Shown here piece after piece: positions 40,083 to 52,703 of a DNA stretch of 64,000 nucleotides. Within the stretch, counting starts at the first letter, position 1. Every line of letters begins with the position of its first letter. The notes beneath the pieces were generated by a model. The model made no database searches and had not been told where the DNA came from. It was given only the letters and a program-made list of their open reading frames with translations. Location of the stretch: positions 124,001 to 188,000 of the forward strand of contig MU053472.1 in assembly GCA_013239625.1 (NCBI GenBank). Direction: 5' to 3'. The translations under genes and the position numbers were made by a program. Source of the DNA: Lama guanicoe. Lineage: Eukaryota.

Positions 40083-41761
40083 CTATAGGACAATGGTTCC
40101 TACACCTTGCCACACCTTAGAATCAGCTGGGGCACTTCTAAAAATCCCAGTGCCTAGGCTGTGCCACAGATATCTGACCATCAATAACACCAACATTTAA
40201 AACACTGAAGATACTCTAGGGATATGCTTTTATAAATCCAGCGGGCATAGCAACAAAATCATGGGCTATGGAAGTCGACCTAAATTCCAACCTCAACTTG
40301 GCCACTTATTAGCTATGTGACCCTGAGCAAGCCTCTGGGGTCTCTGAGCCTCAGTTTCTCCATGCATAAAATGGGGACACCCACTCACGTAGATGCTGGA
40401 AGAATTAAGTGAGATAATATATGGAAAGCACCCCAGATGTAGGAAGCTTGCATAAATCATTTCCTTGCAGAGCCTTGATTTTGGGTTTCTTTTTCCCCTT
40501 TCTCTCTGTCCATCTTGGAGGTTTCTTTCAATCCTGATTTGTAGGGAACTTGAGTAGTTCCGCTTGATACTCGTCTTGGCGTTTGCCAAGACTCAGGCTG
40601 GCTCCTTGTAGGACACTGAGTCTGAGGCAGGCACTCCTTCTTCCAGGAAGGACTGCTCTGTCCATCTGTAAGGTATCTGCAGTGCTTTAGGCTTTCTGCG
40701 CAAATCTGCAAAACAGTGAGAGAAAACCGGGAAGAACCACGGATGCGGGGAGACGGGGCGGGTCATGACCACGTAGCACGAGGTCACGTACATAAGATGA
40801 CCCTGAATTTCCTGTACCTAATAAGACATCTCTCTCCTTTAATTAAAGGAGGCGTGAGTACCCCTGTTTGCTGGTAATTAGCCCTGGGAACCTGCCAATT
40901 AGAGGGGGTATGGTATTTTCCTGGTGGAGGCCAAATCTGAGAAGCTTAATGGGTGTTTTTCTTAAGAAGGAGGCTCCCCCAAACGTCAGGCCAAAGGGCA
41001 GTGAGAAGGTGGGTGAATGAACTTCCTGCAGTGAACTCAGCTGCTCCCAAGGGCTGATTTTCTGGAAGCGACATTCCTCTACCTGTGAGCAGGCATCTGC
41101 TTAAGATCCCTCCCTATTACCCTCTGTTCTGGCTTCAGCAGCCCCATCCAAACACACCTGTGTGAGTTTCAGCCACTGGGGAGTCGACCAGTGAGGCTCA
41201 GCCTCTCCAGGGCCTTCAGGAAGTCAAGAAATTTCTTGATGTGTCTTGGGAGGACGTATGCCCTCCCAAGTTAGAGACACACCATGCAGATGATCTTCAG
41301 TGTTTAATAACTTTCCCAGAGGAAGTTCACATCCCGGTCACAGGCGGTGCCTTGTCAGGGACCGCCCTCAGATGGCTGTGTCTGGGTAGCCAGGGGCAGC
41401 ACCCAAAACAGGCTTGAGCTTGAATTGTGGTTCTGCCACCATCTGGCGGTGTGACCTCAAACAAGTGACTTAACCTCTTTGAGCTTCTGTTTCTTCATCT
41501 ACAAAATAAGGGTTATCATTCCTATCTCCTTCGGGCTATTGTGATCAAACACCTGCGCCCAGCACAGTGCCTGACCAGGAAGGAGTCATCAGGTTGACTC
41601 AGGAACCCTCAGGGTGTCGAGAGAGAGGAAGAGCTTTGGTTCTCCCTGGGTTCTGGATGAGGCTGTGGTTTGCAGTTGCGTCTTCAAAGAGTTTCCCTTT
41701 TTATGAACCCTGCTTGTTATCTGAGACATCAGAAACAATGAAACCCAAGTATTGGCAAGAC

Positions 41762-42040
41762 CTGTGGTTCTCAAATCTCCTTCCGAGGCCACGTAAAAGG
41801 CATCCGGGGAGCTCATTCAAAATACCCATGTCTTGTGGCAAGGGGAGGTTGGTATAGCTCAGTGGCAGAGGACGTGCTTATCATGCATGAGGTCCTGGTT
41901 CAATCCCCATTACCTCCATTAAAGAAATACCCCATCCACACCTCTGAGAATCAGAATTTGGAACAAGGGGTCAGGCACAAGAAGTTTCAACAAACTCCCT
42001 AAGTGATTTGGGTGTATAATCAGGGCTGGGCATCGCCAGG
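41762..42040. mobile_element. MER5-like hAT MITE interrupted by a SINE
   Basis: ctgtggttctcaaa...ggggagctc...gaatcagaat...tttcaacaaactccctaagtgatt. Confidence 0.65.
41842..41925 (+). mobile_element. tRNA-Ala-derived SINE (camelid type)
   Basis: ggtatagctcagtggcagag...gcatgaggtcctggttcaatcccc with Pol III A and B boxes; flanks aaatacccat / aaataccccat. Confidence 0.9.
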
Positions 42041-45000
42041 CTGGCTAGAACAAGGCTAGAGTCTGAAGGCGCTGGCGATAGTCCTGATGGAGCCCTGCTG
42101 AAACAGAAGCGGTGAGGCAGCCCAGGTGAGGGCCCGGGACTATGATTCAGGAGACCGGAGACACTAGTGAGCAGGGGTGACCTTGGGTCAATCACTTCAC
42201 GTCTTAGAGATTCTGACAAATGAGACCTTTCAGCTCTGGCACGTTATTATTTGGAGAGTGTGTGTAGCATCGAATCCCCAGAACCCAGGGCTCTGCTGTT
42301 TGAAGTAGAGAGAGGGAGCTTTGCCATTGTGATATTTTATTGTTCAGCTCATCATCTGTCTCTCTCCCTCCCGTGCTCCCTCACTCCCTCGCTCCTTCCC
42401 CATTTCGGGAACTGCGTGCTGTTAGAAGCCTTCCACCTTTATTAGGGACCATTAGAGCTTTACAGCACCAGCAGATTGGGTGGGGCCAGTCACAATAAAC
42501 AGATTTATAATGGGTATAAACGAGACACCTATAACTGCTGGAGGTTAACGCTTTCAGGGCCTTTGAGTGGCAGCCCGCCTGCCCATGCCTTCTGGCCCTG
42601 CCCGCTGCAGGGTGCCTCTTCCCCCTCGGCACCTGTCGGATTGGGCTGGCGATGAAGCCGTTGCTCAGCAAGGATGGAAAACCTCTGGACAACATTTCCC
42701 GTTTGTGTAACATCAGTTTGCACGGTGGGCACGAAACTGATGCTTAATTTATGTCCCGGTGTCTTAAGGATGGAAACAGAAATGAGCCTTCTTCTCTTTC
42801 TTCTTGAGAACCCTGCCGCCGGGTGGAGCATAGGGTTTGCATCCTTACCTGCCAAAGAAAAAGAAACAAACCAAGTGTCTTATTCTCACCACGAAGAAGG
42901 TAGTTTTCCGAAGTCTCTAAAAATCTAGCTCACCGAGTACGTATTCCGAGTGGTAGAAATATGGACTATACCCCCATCGGAGCCCAAGTTTGCCTTCTGT
43001 CTCCGTGCCTGACACATGGTAGACCTTCCATATGTTTGTGGAATGACAGTGTCTCTTATCGAGTGCTTCCTGTCCAAAAGCTTAATGCATAAATCCCCTG
43101 TTTTATAAGTCTGCTACTCACTTTCAAACTGAATGGAATTAGTTTCATTCCGCAGAACTTACGTGCATGTTATTTTTTAAATTTTCTAGAAACAAGGTCA
43201 TCTAGCTCCACTTCCATTAATACAGCTTAACTAAAGTGTACCATTCACCAAAAAAAGCCTTCAGTGCTAAATGCTAGCAAGAAGCTTTCAAAGGGCATAG
43301 TATTCTTTCTCCCTGATGGTCCACTAACTCCTTTTCTACTGGTTTAGCATATTAGTTCAGTTTAGATTACTAGTTGATTAGTTCAACTAGTTTAGTTTGT
43401 TTTCTAATCTCTTACCAGCATCTCTTAGGCAAGAAAAGAGCAAGAATTCCTCTTCCTGAATTTCTCTTGAGCAACTGAGGTCTAGAAAAGGGATTGGATC
43501 GATTGCAAATCAGTCATCTGGAGAGACGGGAAGGAGACTGCTCAGCTCCAGGCAGCCACCAGGTCTCTGGGGGTTACTGGTGCTCCTGGTCGATGGAAGC
43601 CAGTAATCATCTCCCTTCCAGGGTCTTGGTGCCCAACACCTGCTACTCCGTGGGACCAGCCTCCATGAGCCTGCCGGGTGATCAGAGACCATCTGTCATG
43701 ATGATGGTGATGATGATGAGGATGGTGATGACGAGGCCGGGTCTGGCCAGGCAAGCTCCCGTAACGAGGCAGCTCTGACACTTGCCAGGCCTCAAACGAT
43801 CTTCTCCCTGGCTGTCACTTCCCAGTAGGGTCCTGCTTATGAATAGGTTGCTGGGGAAAATGTCTCTCTTCTAAGGCAATTTTATTAGCCCTTCGGTCAC
43901 AATACAGATGTCTGTTTATGGGCCCTCACTTTTATGTGGACACCCAGTGGCTCAGTCTGCTGATGGCTTTACAGCCTTCCCGTTACCCCGGCTCACTAGA
44001 GCATCATCATTCTCGTCCCCTGAGCCTCAGGGCCTTTGTTGCAGCCACATTACCCCTGCCCGCAAAGGCAGCCTCTCAGAAAAGACACCCCAGGAGTCAG
44101 ACTGCAGCAGGGCTCTGTCTGCCCCCACAGCCTTGAGACCTAACGATGTCCACCGTTAACCCTTCTTAGTTTTACCCTAGATTCCTTTGGAGAAAAAGGC
44201 ATTTGAGCTACTCATGCGGCTATGGTAAAGCCCCATTCATTGATCCCTCTGACCTCCCAAATCAACCCGAGGGGCCTAAAACTGGGTTCTAACATGGCAA
44301 GTCTAAATTTGGGGGGCCCCACCAGCAGCCCAAAACTTTTAGAAATGGTCAGTCTGTGCTAATGGATGTGCCCATTTCACCCCCGCTTTAAGTCACCCTA
44401 GGCCATGGGTCTATACTTAGGCCTCAAGAAGCAGGGAAAGGTAGGTTCCCTGCAGGCAACTCATTGACCCTTTTCACACTGAATAAAGCACTGTCCAAGG
44501 TCTCCAACATGAAAAGAAAATCCTGCCGCATCATACTTACTCATCAGCACACCCACTTTGCGCCCTCCGACGTGAAATGTATCAATGCTGTCTCTTCATT
44601 GGATTCTGTTTTAATCTCTTTCTCCTCTCTCCTTCTCTCTTACTCCCCCTTCTTCCTCCTTCAAAATACATGCCTCCCATTAGCCTCAGAAAACACGGGA
44701 GATTTACAGGATAAATTATACCACTGTCACATCTCCCCTGCTCGGTCAGAGTTGAAGTGCAGGTCATTCATTCATTCGTCACTCACTGCTATGGGGCACA
44801 GAGCATAGTCTAGGCTCTGTGTAAGGTGCTGAGGAGATGATGGAGAAGACAGATAAGGTCCTGCCCTCGTGGGGCTTATATTCCAGTGGGAGATGCAGTC
44901 ACGAAACAAGAAAACAAAAATCATTTCTAACTATGAGTGTATCACGATGGGAGGCTCAGAACATCTGGAGTCAATGTGGGGCTCAGTGAGGGAGAGGAGT

Positions 45001-46627
45001 CCACTGTGGAATCCCTCTGCTTTGCTGGGAGACCCTTAGCTAGAGGTAGTGAAAATGACTTCCTCAGCGTTCTGCCCTGTCAAATGGGCCAAGTCAATGC
45101 CCTGTCACATGTGGGAGGACTTACGTTCTCTGGGGTCGGCCTGATTCCTTTAACCTGCAGCGGCATCTCCAGGGTGGAGAGTTCATTGCCAACCTTGCAG
45201 TGTTGGCCTGCAGAAAATGGCTGTCTGCTATGGACCAGGGGTGGTGGCCGAGGTGGGCCTTGTGGGGGGGACAGGCTGCCCTCTCCCAGGTGTGCAATTT
45301 TCTCAGGGACCCATTCTCTTTGCCTGTTCTCAGCCAAGTCGCTTTTGCTGGAAGACTTTTTTTTTTTCCTTTTCTTGGTTACATTTGCTTTGATTTTTAT
45401 AAGAAAACCAGTTTGTGGGCTTCCCTTAAGTATCACTCAACTTTTACTCCTTGAGTTCAAGAATGTTTACCGTCCCTGCAGGCCTGTCTGTGTTTCTCCT
45501 CTTATGAATTGGGCTCCGAACTAAGCCACCTTGGGAGAAAGAGATCTGGAATTGAAACCAGCCCAGTGTTTAAATTGCTTTCATCTTGCAGCAGATTTTT
45601 CCTCCCCAGTTTTCAGATTTTTCGTCTCCTATACTCCTTGCAAACATTCATCTTTCTCCTTGGAGAGAAGGAAATGTGGGTAAGAACTGGTAATGGTCCT
45701 GTGTGACCAATGAGGGAGCTGAGGCAGCAACGCCAGCTCATTTTTCAGTTTTCATTTTGGAGTTTGCAGTTTCAAGCAGGGAAAATGGTTCACATTCTTT
45801 TATCCCAATGAATATCTTGGAAGGTCGCCAGACTGAATCATTTGTATCTCTGCCTTTTGCCTCAAGAACGTGACTCCTCTTGGGGAAAGGGGGAGTGGGG
45901 TTATAAGGATGCGGTGCTGGGCCCATCAAGACTGGCCCGATTCCTCCCGGCCCCCTTCCCGTTCTGCAGCTCTGTGCTTTGGCTTCATAGGAAAGACAGC
46001 TCTGTCTGCTTATAATTGATGGACATGGTTGTTTCCTTTTTGGAAGAGCTCTCTCCTCTGCATGCTCCCTCCTGCCTGATTTTAAATTCCCCGTTTCTAG
46101 ACCCTGCCGGGCTGGGCTGAGCTCTGCATGAGGTTAGGAACACAGGGGAAGAATGTGTGTGACAGAGCCCTGGCCGGTTGTGTAATGTTTACTCTGTTGG
46201 TGGCTGGGACGCTCACTCGAGCTGGCAGAGGTCCACCGGCCAGAGGAACATTCCTGCATTATCAGGGATGGGAGATTGGCTTTGAAATGTCAAGGGTGAA
46301 AGGCATCCCACCAGATTCTGGGTGCAGCTCACAGACCCCAGTGAAAGGGAACCCCAGGCTTCAGTGTCAGAGGCCACGTGGGGGCAAGCAGAGCCTCCTG
46401 GAGCCCGGGAGCCCCCTCTCACCTCTTTGCTTCTTTCTCATAGAGCAATTCTGATCATGCTTTTCAGGCTAATGTTGGTCTTGTTTGCCCAGCATTTTCT
46501 CCCAGGAAAACCCAGTGTTTCTCTCACCTTATTTATATATATATATGTATATGGAATTTATTCTAGATTTTATATATATTTTTATATGTGTGTGTTTATA
46601 TATGTACATGGAATCTACTCTAGCTCA

Positions 46628-46730
46628 TTTTTTTCCCTTTTTTTTTTAATAGAGGTACTGGGGATGGAACCTAGGACCTCGTGGATGCTAAGCACGCGCT
46701 CTACCACTGAGCTACGCCCACCGCCCCACC
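46628..46730 (-). mobile_element. tRNA-Ala-derived SINE (camelid type)
   Basis: gaggtactggggatggaacctaggacctc...gctaagcacgcgctctaccactgagctac preceded by poly-T. Confidence 0.9.
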
Positions 46731-47799
46731 CCACCCCCACACCTTATTTTATTCATTCATCATTCTGGCTTCTGGGGGAGGGAGGTCTTTATACCCCTTT
46801 TATAGACATAAATGCCAAGGATCAGAAGTCGACTGGCCCAGAATCATCAGAGCTAAGGGGAAGAGACAGACAGAGGGAGTATGAGTTTGAAGTGTCTTGA
46901 CACCAGTGCCCAGTAGATTTCTGGAATCATGGAAATGGGGTCTCAGCTGGTGTTTGAAGCTTGCAGAGAGCTGGGTTAGATACCCAGGGTGCTATGGGCT
47001 GTCGTTCTAAGCCCACAAAGCACAAGTTTCTGAAAAGTTCCTGTGGTTAATTACAGCCTGGGCAGCTCTTCTCCGGGGTCCTCCTGGAAGGCAGTGGCGT
47101 CTTTGAACGCAGGTGCACAGTCAGTCCTATAGAACCCAGCGTACCCATCATAAAAGCCACTGTGCTTTGCAAAGTCACACAATAAAAGCTGCAGGGCTTT
47201 GTGGGAAAAAATGGGGTTAAGGGCACGATACTCAAAAACTTCGTCAGTGACACCTTTTAAAAAAGATAAGAATCTAATAAAAACATGAGCAGAGTTTTTT
47301 ACACCTGTTAAATGCTCAGGAAAGACATAAATGCTGTACAACAATAAATAAGGCACTTTACATTGAAAAGGTCCTAAAGTTTGCCCATGGAAGTGGGTGT
47401 CAGAAGGGTTGCAGCTTGTGAGTTCTCGTGAGGTGGTGGATGAGCCTTATCTGAACTTGGAAAGTTGTAACTCCAGATGTGGACAGATGTGGCTTATGGA
47501 TCATGCGGTGAACCGCTGGTAGCTGTTAGATGTTTGAAGGATGTGTGTGTGTGCGCACACATTTGGCGTATTTCTATGTGGCTGGGTGCAGATTTCTGAA
47601 TTCTTCAAATGTGAAATTCATGTTGCACTCGAATTACCCCCTAACATTTCAGTATATTTGGAACAGATCCACGCATTTAATACAGCCGTTACTGCAGAAT
47701 TGACTGTAATTTCTCCTTCTGCCAGAAGGGGCGCTCTCATGCTCCAGGGCAAGGATACTCAAAACACCTGAGGGCTCATTCCTTCAGTCAAATCAGAGC

Positions 47800-48345
47800 T
47801 AGCCTCTGAAGATGCAATAATGAGTAAAAAGCTGTCTCTTTCTTTAAGAGGGAGAGAGAAGTGAACATATCATCAGAGCATTTTAGCATAGGGTGACCAG
47901 CTCCTACTGTGAGAGTCTCTACTGCATGTAAAATACAAAGGATGGAGCAGATAACTAGCAGGAGGAGTTAAGGAGAGCATCTCAGAAGAGATGACACTTA
48001 GCCTTCTTAAAGGATGTGACATGGAGAAAAAGGGAAGAGTGTTCCACGCACAGGGAACAGCGTAAGCAAAGACCCAGAGGCAGGAGATGGCAGAATGAGA
48101 GTATGGCTGTATGGGATGTGGTGACAGATGATACAAATAAGGCAGACTAGAGTTACAGAGGCCCAGTTCTGCCAGTCTTAGGTGTCAAGGCTTTTCCAGA
48201 AGGCAGTGAGGAGCCATTGGAGGTTTCCAAACAGGCAGTGACATGGTGCAATTTTGTGGTGGAAAGAAATCTCAGGCTGCAGCAGTGTGAAGGGTGCCCT
48301 GGAGATGGGTCCTGGTGCAGGAAGGCAGGGGATGGAGATGCCAGC
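47800..48345 (-). mobile_element. LINE-2 fragment
   Basis: gggaagagtgttcca...gggaacagcgtaagcaaagacccagagg; gagccattggaggtttccaaacagg. Confidence 0.7.
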
Positions 48346-51319
48346 GTCTTGGAACCATAAACTCCTTTCAGGTTTTGTCACTTCTGACCAGTCCTACTGG
48401 ACAGAAACCAGATGATTTGTCTGTGTCCCACATGCTGTCAGGAATTCTGAAATAGAGTCGTCACATGTGATGCTGAGGACTGGGAACAGCTGAGAGTAGA
48501 TAACCTCCTTGCTGAGACCTCCGGGATGTCTCTGGATTCCAGCTGAGATGCTTTTTGCTGTGGTTCTTGGGGCCAGCGATGGGGACGTGGCCAATTAGTG
48601 ACTTGAGCCAGGAAGTGAGTGGAAGGTACATCACCACCTTCTGGCATCTCCTTTTCTCCTATGGGACCTCGTGGCTATTAACTGGGCATCTTTGGCCAGT
48701 CAGTGCCCATTTTCAGAGCCTGCAGTGGTGAAGGGAGGAGGGAAGATGCCATTCCACTTCTTAACACAGGCTCCCTGGCACAGTGCTTGGCACATGATAG
48801 GTGCTCAGTGAAGTTTTGTGAACTCAGCCTTCCTAAAAATGTGCTTTAGACAAAGACCACCCCAAAATGCGAGGAAGGCATGTGTCTCGAGGAACTGGTA
48901 CGTCCCAAGCATGGTCTGGGTCGTTTCACACCCATTAACTCATCCAGTCTTTTCCCCGACGACCTAAGGGATGGAAATTGTTAACAATAAAGAAACTGCA
49001 GCTCAGGGAGGTTGATTTCCCTAAGGTCACACGGCTGTGACGTGGTGGAGCCAGGATTTAAACCAGGTCACCTGGCACCAGGGCCTGTCCTGCTTTCGTC
49101 CTCCTTTCAAGTGCTCTTCTGAGTTTGTGAAATACACAAGGACCTGGCCTCTCCTTCCTCTGAGGAGAGCACCCATTTCTGGTCTCGCCAGCAGAGACCT
49201 TGTGATAGATCCTCCACCTCCACACCCCCTTTTAAGGCGGCTGGCTGATTAGAGCCACCCTCTCAGGAGCCGGACCGATTGCCAAATTCCTGATGAGAGG
49301 AGCATCAGTGGGAAAGGTTATAGGTGAATCTGGAGTGAATGAGCAGCCTTGTGCCTGGCTCCCACCACACTCTGCAGTGATCATGGCCCCTCCCCACAGC
49401 AGGCAGTCCTCTGGCTTAGAGGTAAGGACACTGGAGCTCACCCAATGCACTGATGGCAGAGCTGAGATCAAAACAGGGATCCCCTATTCCCTAGCCACAC
49501 GCTGTCTCACAAACAGAGATCTTTAAATGAATGTGCAAAGGGCTCAGCCCATCAGTCTTTGAAGAGAACAGCTCCACCGTTATGTGCCTCCTGTAATGAA
49601 GTTCTGCTGGCGGAGAAAACAAGGCTTGCAAACCATAGCAGCTTTGGGCTATGCCGCCTGGATTCTAAGGAATGGCTCTTGCCTCCCTCCTGCCAGGCTC
49701 CCTTGTAAAGAAGGCTTTTGTTTCCTGCGGATATCCTTGGTTAATTATTTTTAAATAAATAATTATGTTGCCCAGGGGAGGGAAGAAGGCTCCCCACAAC
49801 CCATATTTGATCATCAGAGGACTGGCCTTCTTCCTTCAGCCAAATTAAATAGGCTAAAAATCAGCGTCTGTTTGACTTGAGACTGAATCGATGATGGGGA
49901 CAGGCTGGGAGGTGCAAACACACCTGACTCCCAGCGTTATCACTGCTCTCTCAGGAGCAGAGCATCTCGGGGAGGTAAATAGCTGGTCAGGGAGTCAGAG
50001 GAAGCCAGAGAAAAACAGGGTGAAGTCTTTTTTTTCCAAAAGGAAAGAACACGAGGGCGAGGGCCAGTCCTTCCCAAACTGCTTCCGGGACAGAGAATCA
50101 GTGATTCCACCAGAGCAGGATTCTTTGGAAACAATTGTCCATGGAAAGTTAACTCCATTCAGTACTTAGAGTCTACCCTTCATTGTCTAGAAGTCTAGAG
50201 TCTTGGGGCAAATATCTTGGGGTCCATCCCCACACCAGCTCCCCCGCCCCCCAGCAGCACCCATCCCTGTGGTTGCCATTCACTTGGCATTCTGCTAGGA
50301 GCTTTAGAGACGTTATCCCTAATCCAAACCAGCCCTATTCAGGAAGCGTTCACTTCATTTTATGAGAGGAAACTGGGGCACAGAGAGAGGAGTGATTTTC
50401 CCAAGATCACATATCTGTTAAGAGCAAAGTCAGGATTGAAACACAAGTTTGTCCAGCTCCAGAGTGTATAATTTCCCATTATCCCTCCTTGTTAGAAAAT
50501 TCTTCCTTTTATTGATTTGAAATCCGTCTCCCCATTTTCTATTGGACCTGGCTAGTTCTGTCTTCTGAGCGCACAAGTTTCAGATTTTTCTTCTCCTAGA
50601 TAAAGCATTCTGCTGGGAACCCAGTGGCAGATATGAGTGGAGAAAAAGGACCTGATTTAACCCAATGGGATGGAGTAGAGGGTGGTAAAGAGGAGACCTA
50701 GGGGGCTGCGTGCAGGTAGGTACGGAGGCAGACAGACAGGATGGGGCAGGGGGTATGGGTTTGGAGATGTGGATGTTTTCTCTTTCAACTTCATGGCTCC
50801 TGTTCCCCCCAAAATAAATGCCCCAGACCTATAACTACCAAATTCCTGTGCTGTCCCGCTGCCAACACCACCCCCACTAACAGCCCCTTGAATCAAAGGA
50901 TGAGGGAAACAAACAATAGGAGCCCAAAGAGCAGGCATCAAGCCACTTCTTAGGCAAACCAGTTGTTCTTGAAGGTTAGAACCCTGCTGGAGCATGTTTG
51001 TTTTCTCCCCAGCCCTCTTAAGCTCTAGGTCATATCAGCCTTGGGTAACGTCCTTCGGACAACCCGAGGAAAACCGGCTCGGGTCTTTTCTTGACAAGCT
51101 TTGTCTGAGTGGATTAGAGGCTGCTGGCTGTGACAACTTGCCTGGCTGCCCCGAGAACCTTTGTAGCCTCCTCGGGAAGGTGGGGCTCCAATGGGGGCAG
51201 GAGGCAAGGTAGGGGGTGGGGTGGGATGCAGACCAACAGGATTTGTATATTTCATCCTGGGGAACTGGGCAAATGAAGTGAGGGAGGGCCCGCCTCTCCG
51301 AATAATTCCATGCCTAAGT

Positions 51320-51417
51320 GGGGGCAGGGTGATGGGCATAGCTCAGTGGTAGAGCATATGCTTAGCATGCATGAGGTCCTGGGTTCAATCCCCAGCACCT
51401 CCATCAAAAATAATAAT
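51320..51417 (+). mobile_element. tRNA-Ala(AGC)-derived SINE, near-intact tRNA head
   Basis: catagctcagtggtagagcatatgcttAGCatgcatgaggtcctgggttcaatccccagcacctcca plus A/(AAT)n tail; TSD aataattccatgcctaag 51301-51318 vs aatgattctaagcctaag 51418-51435 (15/18). Confidence 0.92.
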
Positions 51418-52214
51418 AATGATTCTAAGCCTAAGGCATTTGGTCTCCCTCCCTTGCAGGTGGGAACCCCCCAAACCTTTTTGTCAAATCCAAAGCAAAA
51501 AAAGCAAATACTGTCTTTCTAAGCTCTGAGCTGAGGGTGAGATGCCCCAACCACCCGTGGCTTTGTCTTTGGCTGTTTCATGGGCACATCAAGCAGGACT
51601 TTGACTCTGCGAACTGGGCCCAAGTTCTCTTCCCCTTTAAGCTTCCTTCAGCTGCCTGGTCTCTGCCCAGCACCGTTGCTTTCCTGAGCACAGACCTTCG
51701 TTTTGGTTCCTGAGCCAAAGGGAGGGTCAGAGCAGTGAGGCTGTAAACATGCTTAATTTTCCCCTCCCTTGCTGACCAAACTGCAGTGGTTCACTGAACA
51801 ACCTCATTCCCCTGTGTGCGCTCCCTGCCCCACCTCTGGGCAGACGCGCCTTCCCCTGGCCCCGGAAGTCAGCCAAATGGGACCCCATCAAAGGAACGTG
51901 AGTTCCAGAACCAAAGACTCCTAGCTGTGGCCCCATCCCCATCCTGCTCTGCCTGTGTCCCCTGGCCTCTGGGACTCGGCTAAAACGGCAGTGCACAGAC
52001 ACTGGTGCATTGTGTCATGGCCCTTACAATGGTCACTGGGCACGTGGCTGTCTGGAAAATGGGTCAGTGCCTACTTTGCAACCCTACATAGCCAAGCAAT
52101 GCCAGGGAAATATTTCTAGAAGGCTTTTGGAGAACAAAAGAAATTCTCCAGCCAAGAAGAGAAGGCCCTAAATCCTAGAAGAACTATACAGCTGAAGTAT
52201 CAGCAAGCAGAATC

Positions 52215-52350
52215 CATTCATTCATTTATTCTTTCATTCATTTGGCAGATATTTAGCAAGTGGATACCAAGTGCCAAGGCACTGGGAATACAGCAACAAA
52301 CAAAGCAGAGAAAAACGTCTGCCCTCACGGATCTTACATTCCAGAATTCA
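52215..52350 (-). mobile_element. LINE-2 3' tail
   Basis: cattcattcatttattctttcattcatt...gtgccaaggcactgggaatacagc. Confidence 0.75.
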
Positions 52351-52490
52351 AGCGGAGGCCATGCGGCCTCTACCCGAGAGAAAGACAGCTGATAACTTCT
52401 CATGGGTAGACAGGGGAAGGGAAGGCAACTTTTTTCCCCTTGTCATCCACCCGTGAAAACAGGCGTTTCCCCAGGCCCCGGGGGCACTAA

Positions 52491-52703
<213 letters not shown>

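Noticed and set aside
44937..45524. 195-aa intronic ORF
   Set aside because: No domain; non-ATG start; crosses a poly-T run
46322..46900. 192-aa ORF with a hydrophobic stretch
   Set aside because: The apparent membrane segment is translated TA-rich repeat, and the ORF runs through an antisense SINE
47721..47735. CTCF-like gccagaaggggcgct
   Set aside because: One G short of the core spacing, so the register does not fit
51330..51403. Possible genuine tRNA-Ala gene
   Set aside because: Imperfect acceptor stem, A-rich tail, TSD and four related dispersed copies indicate a SINE
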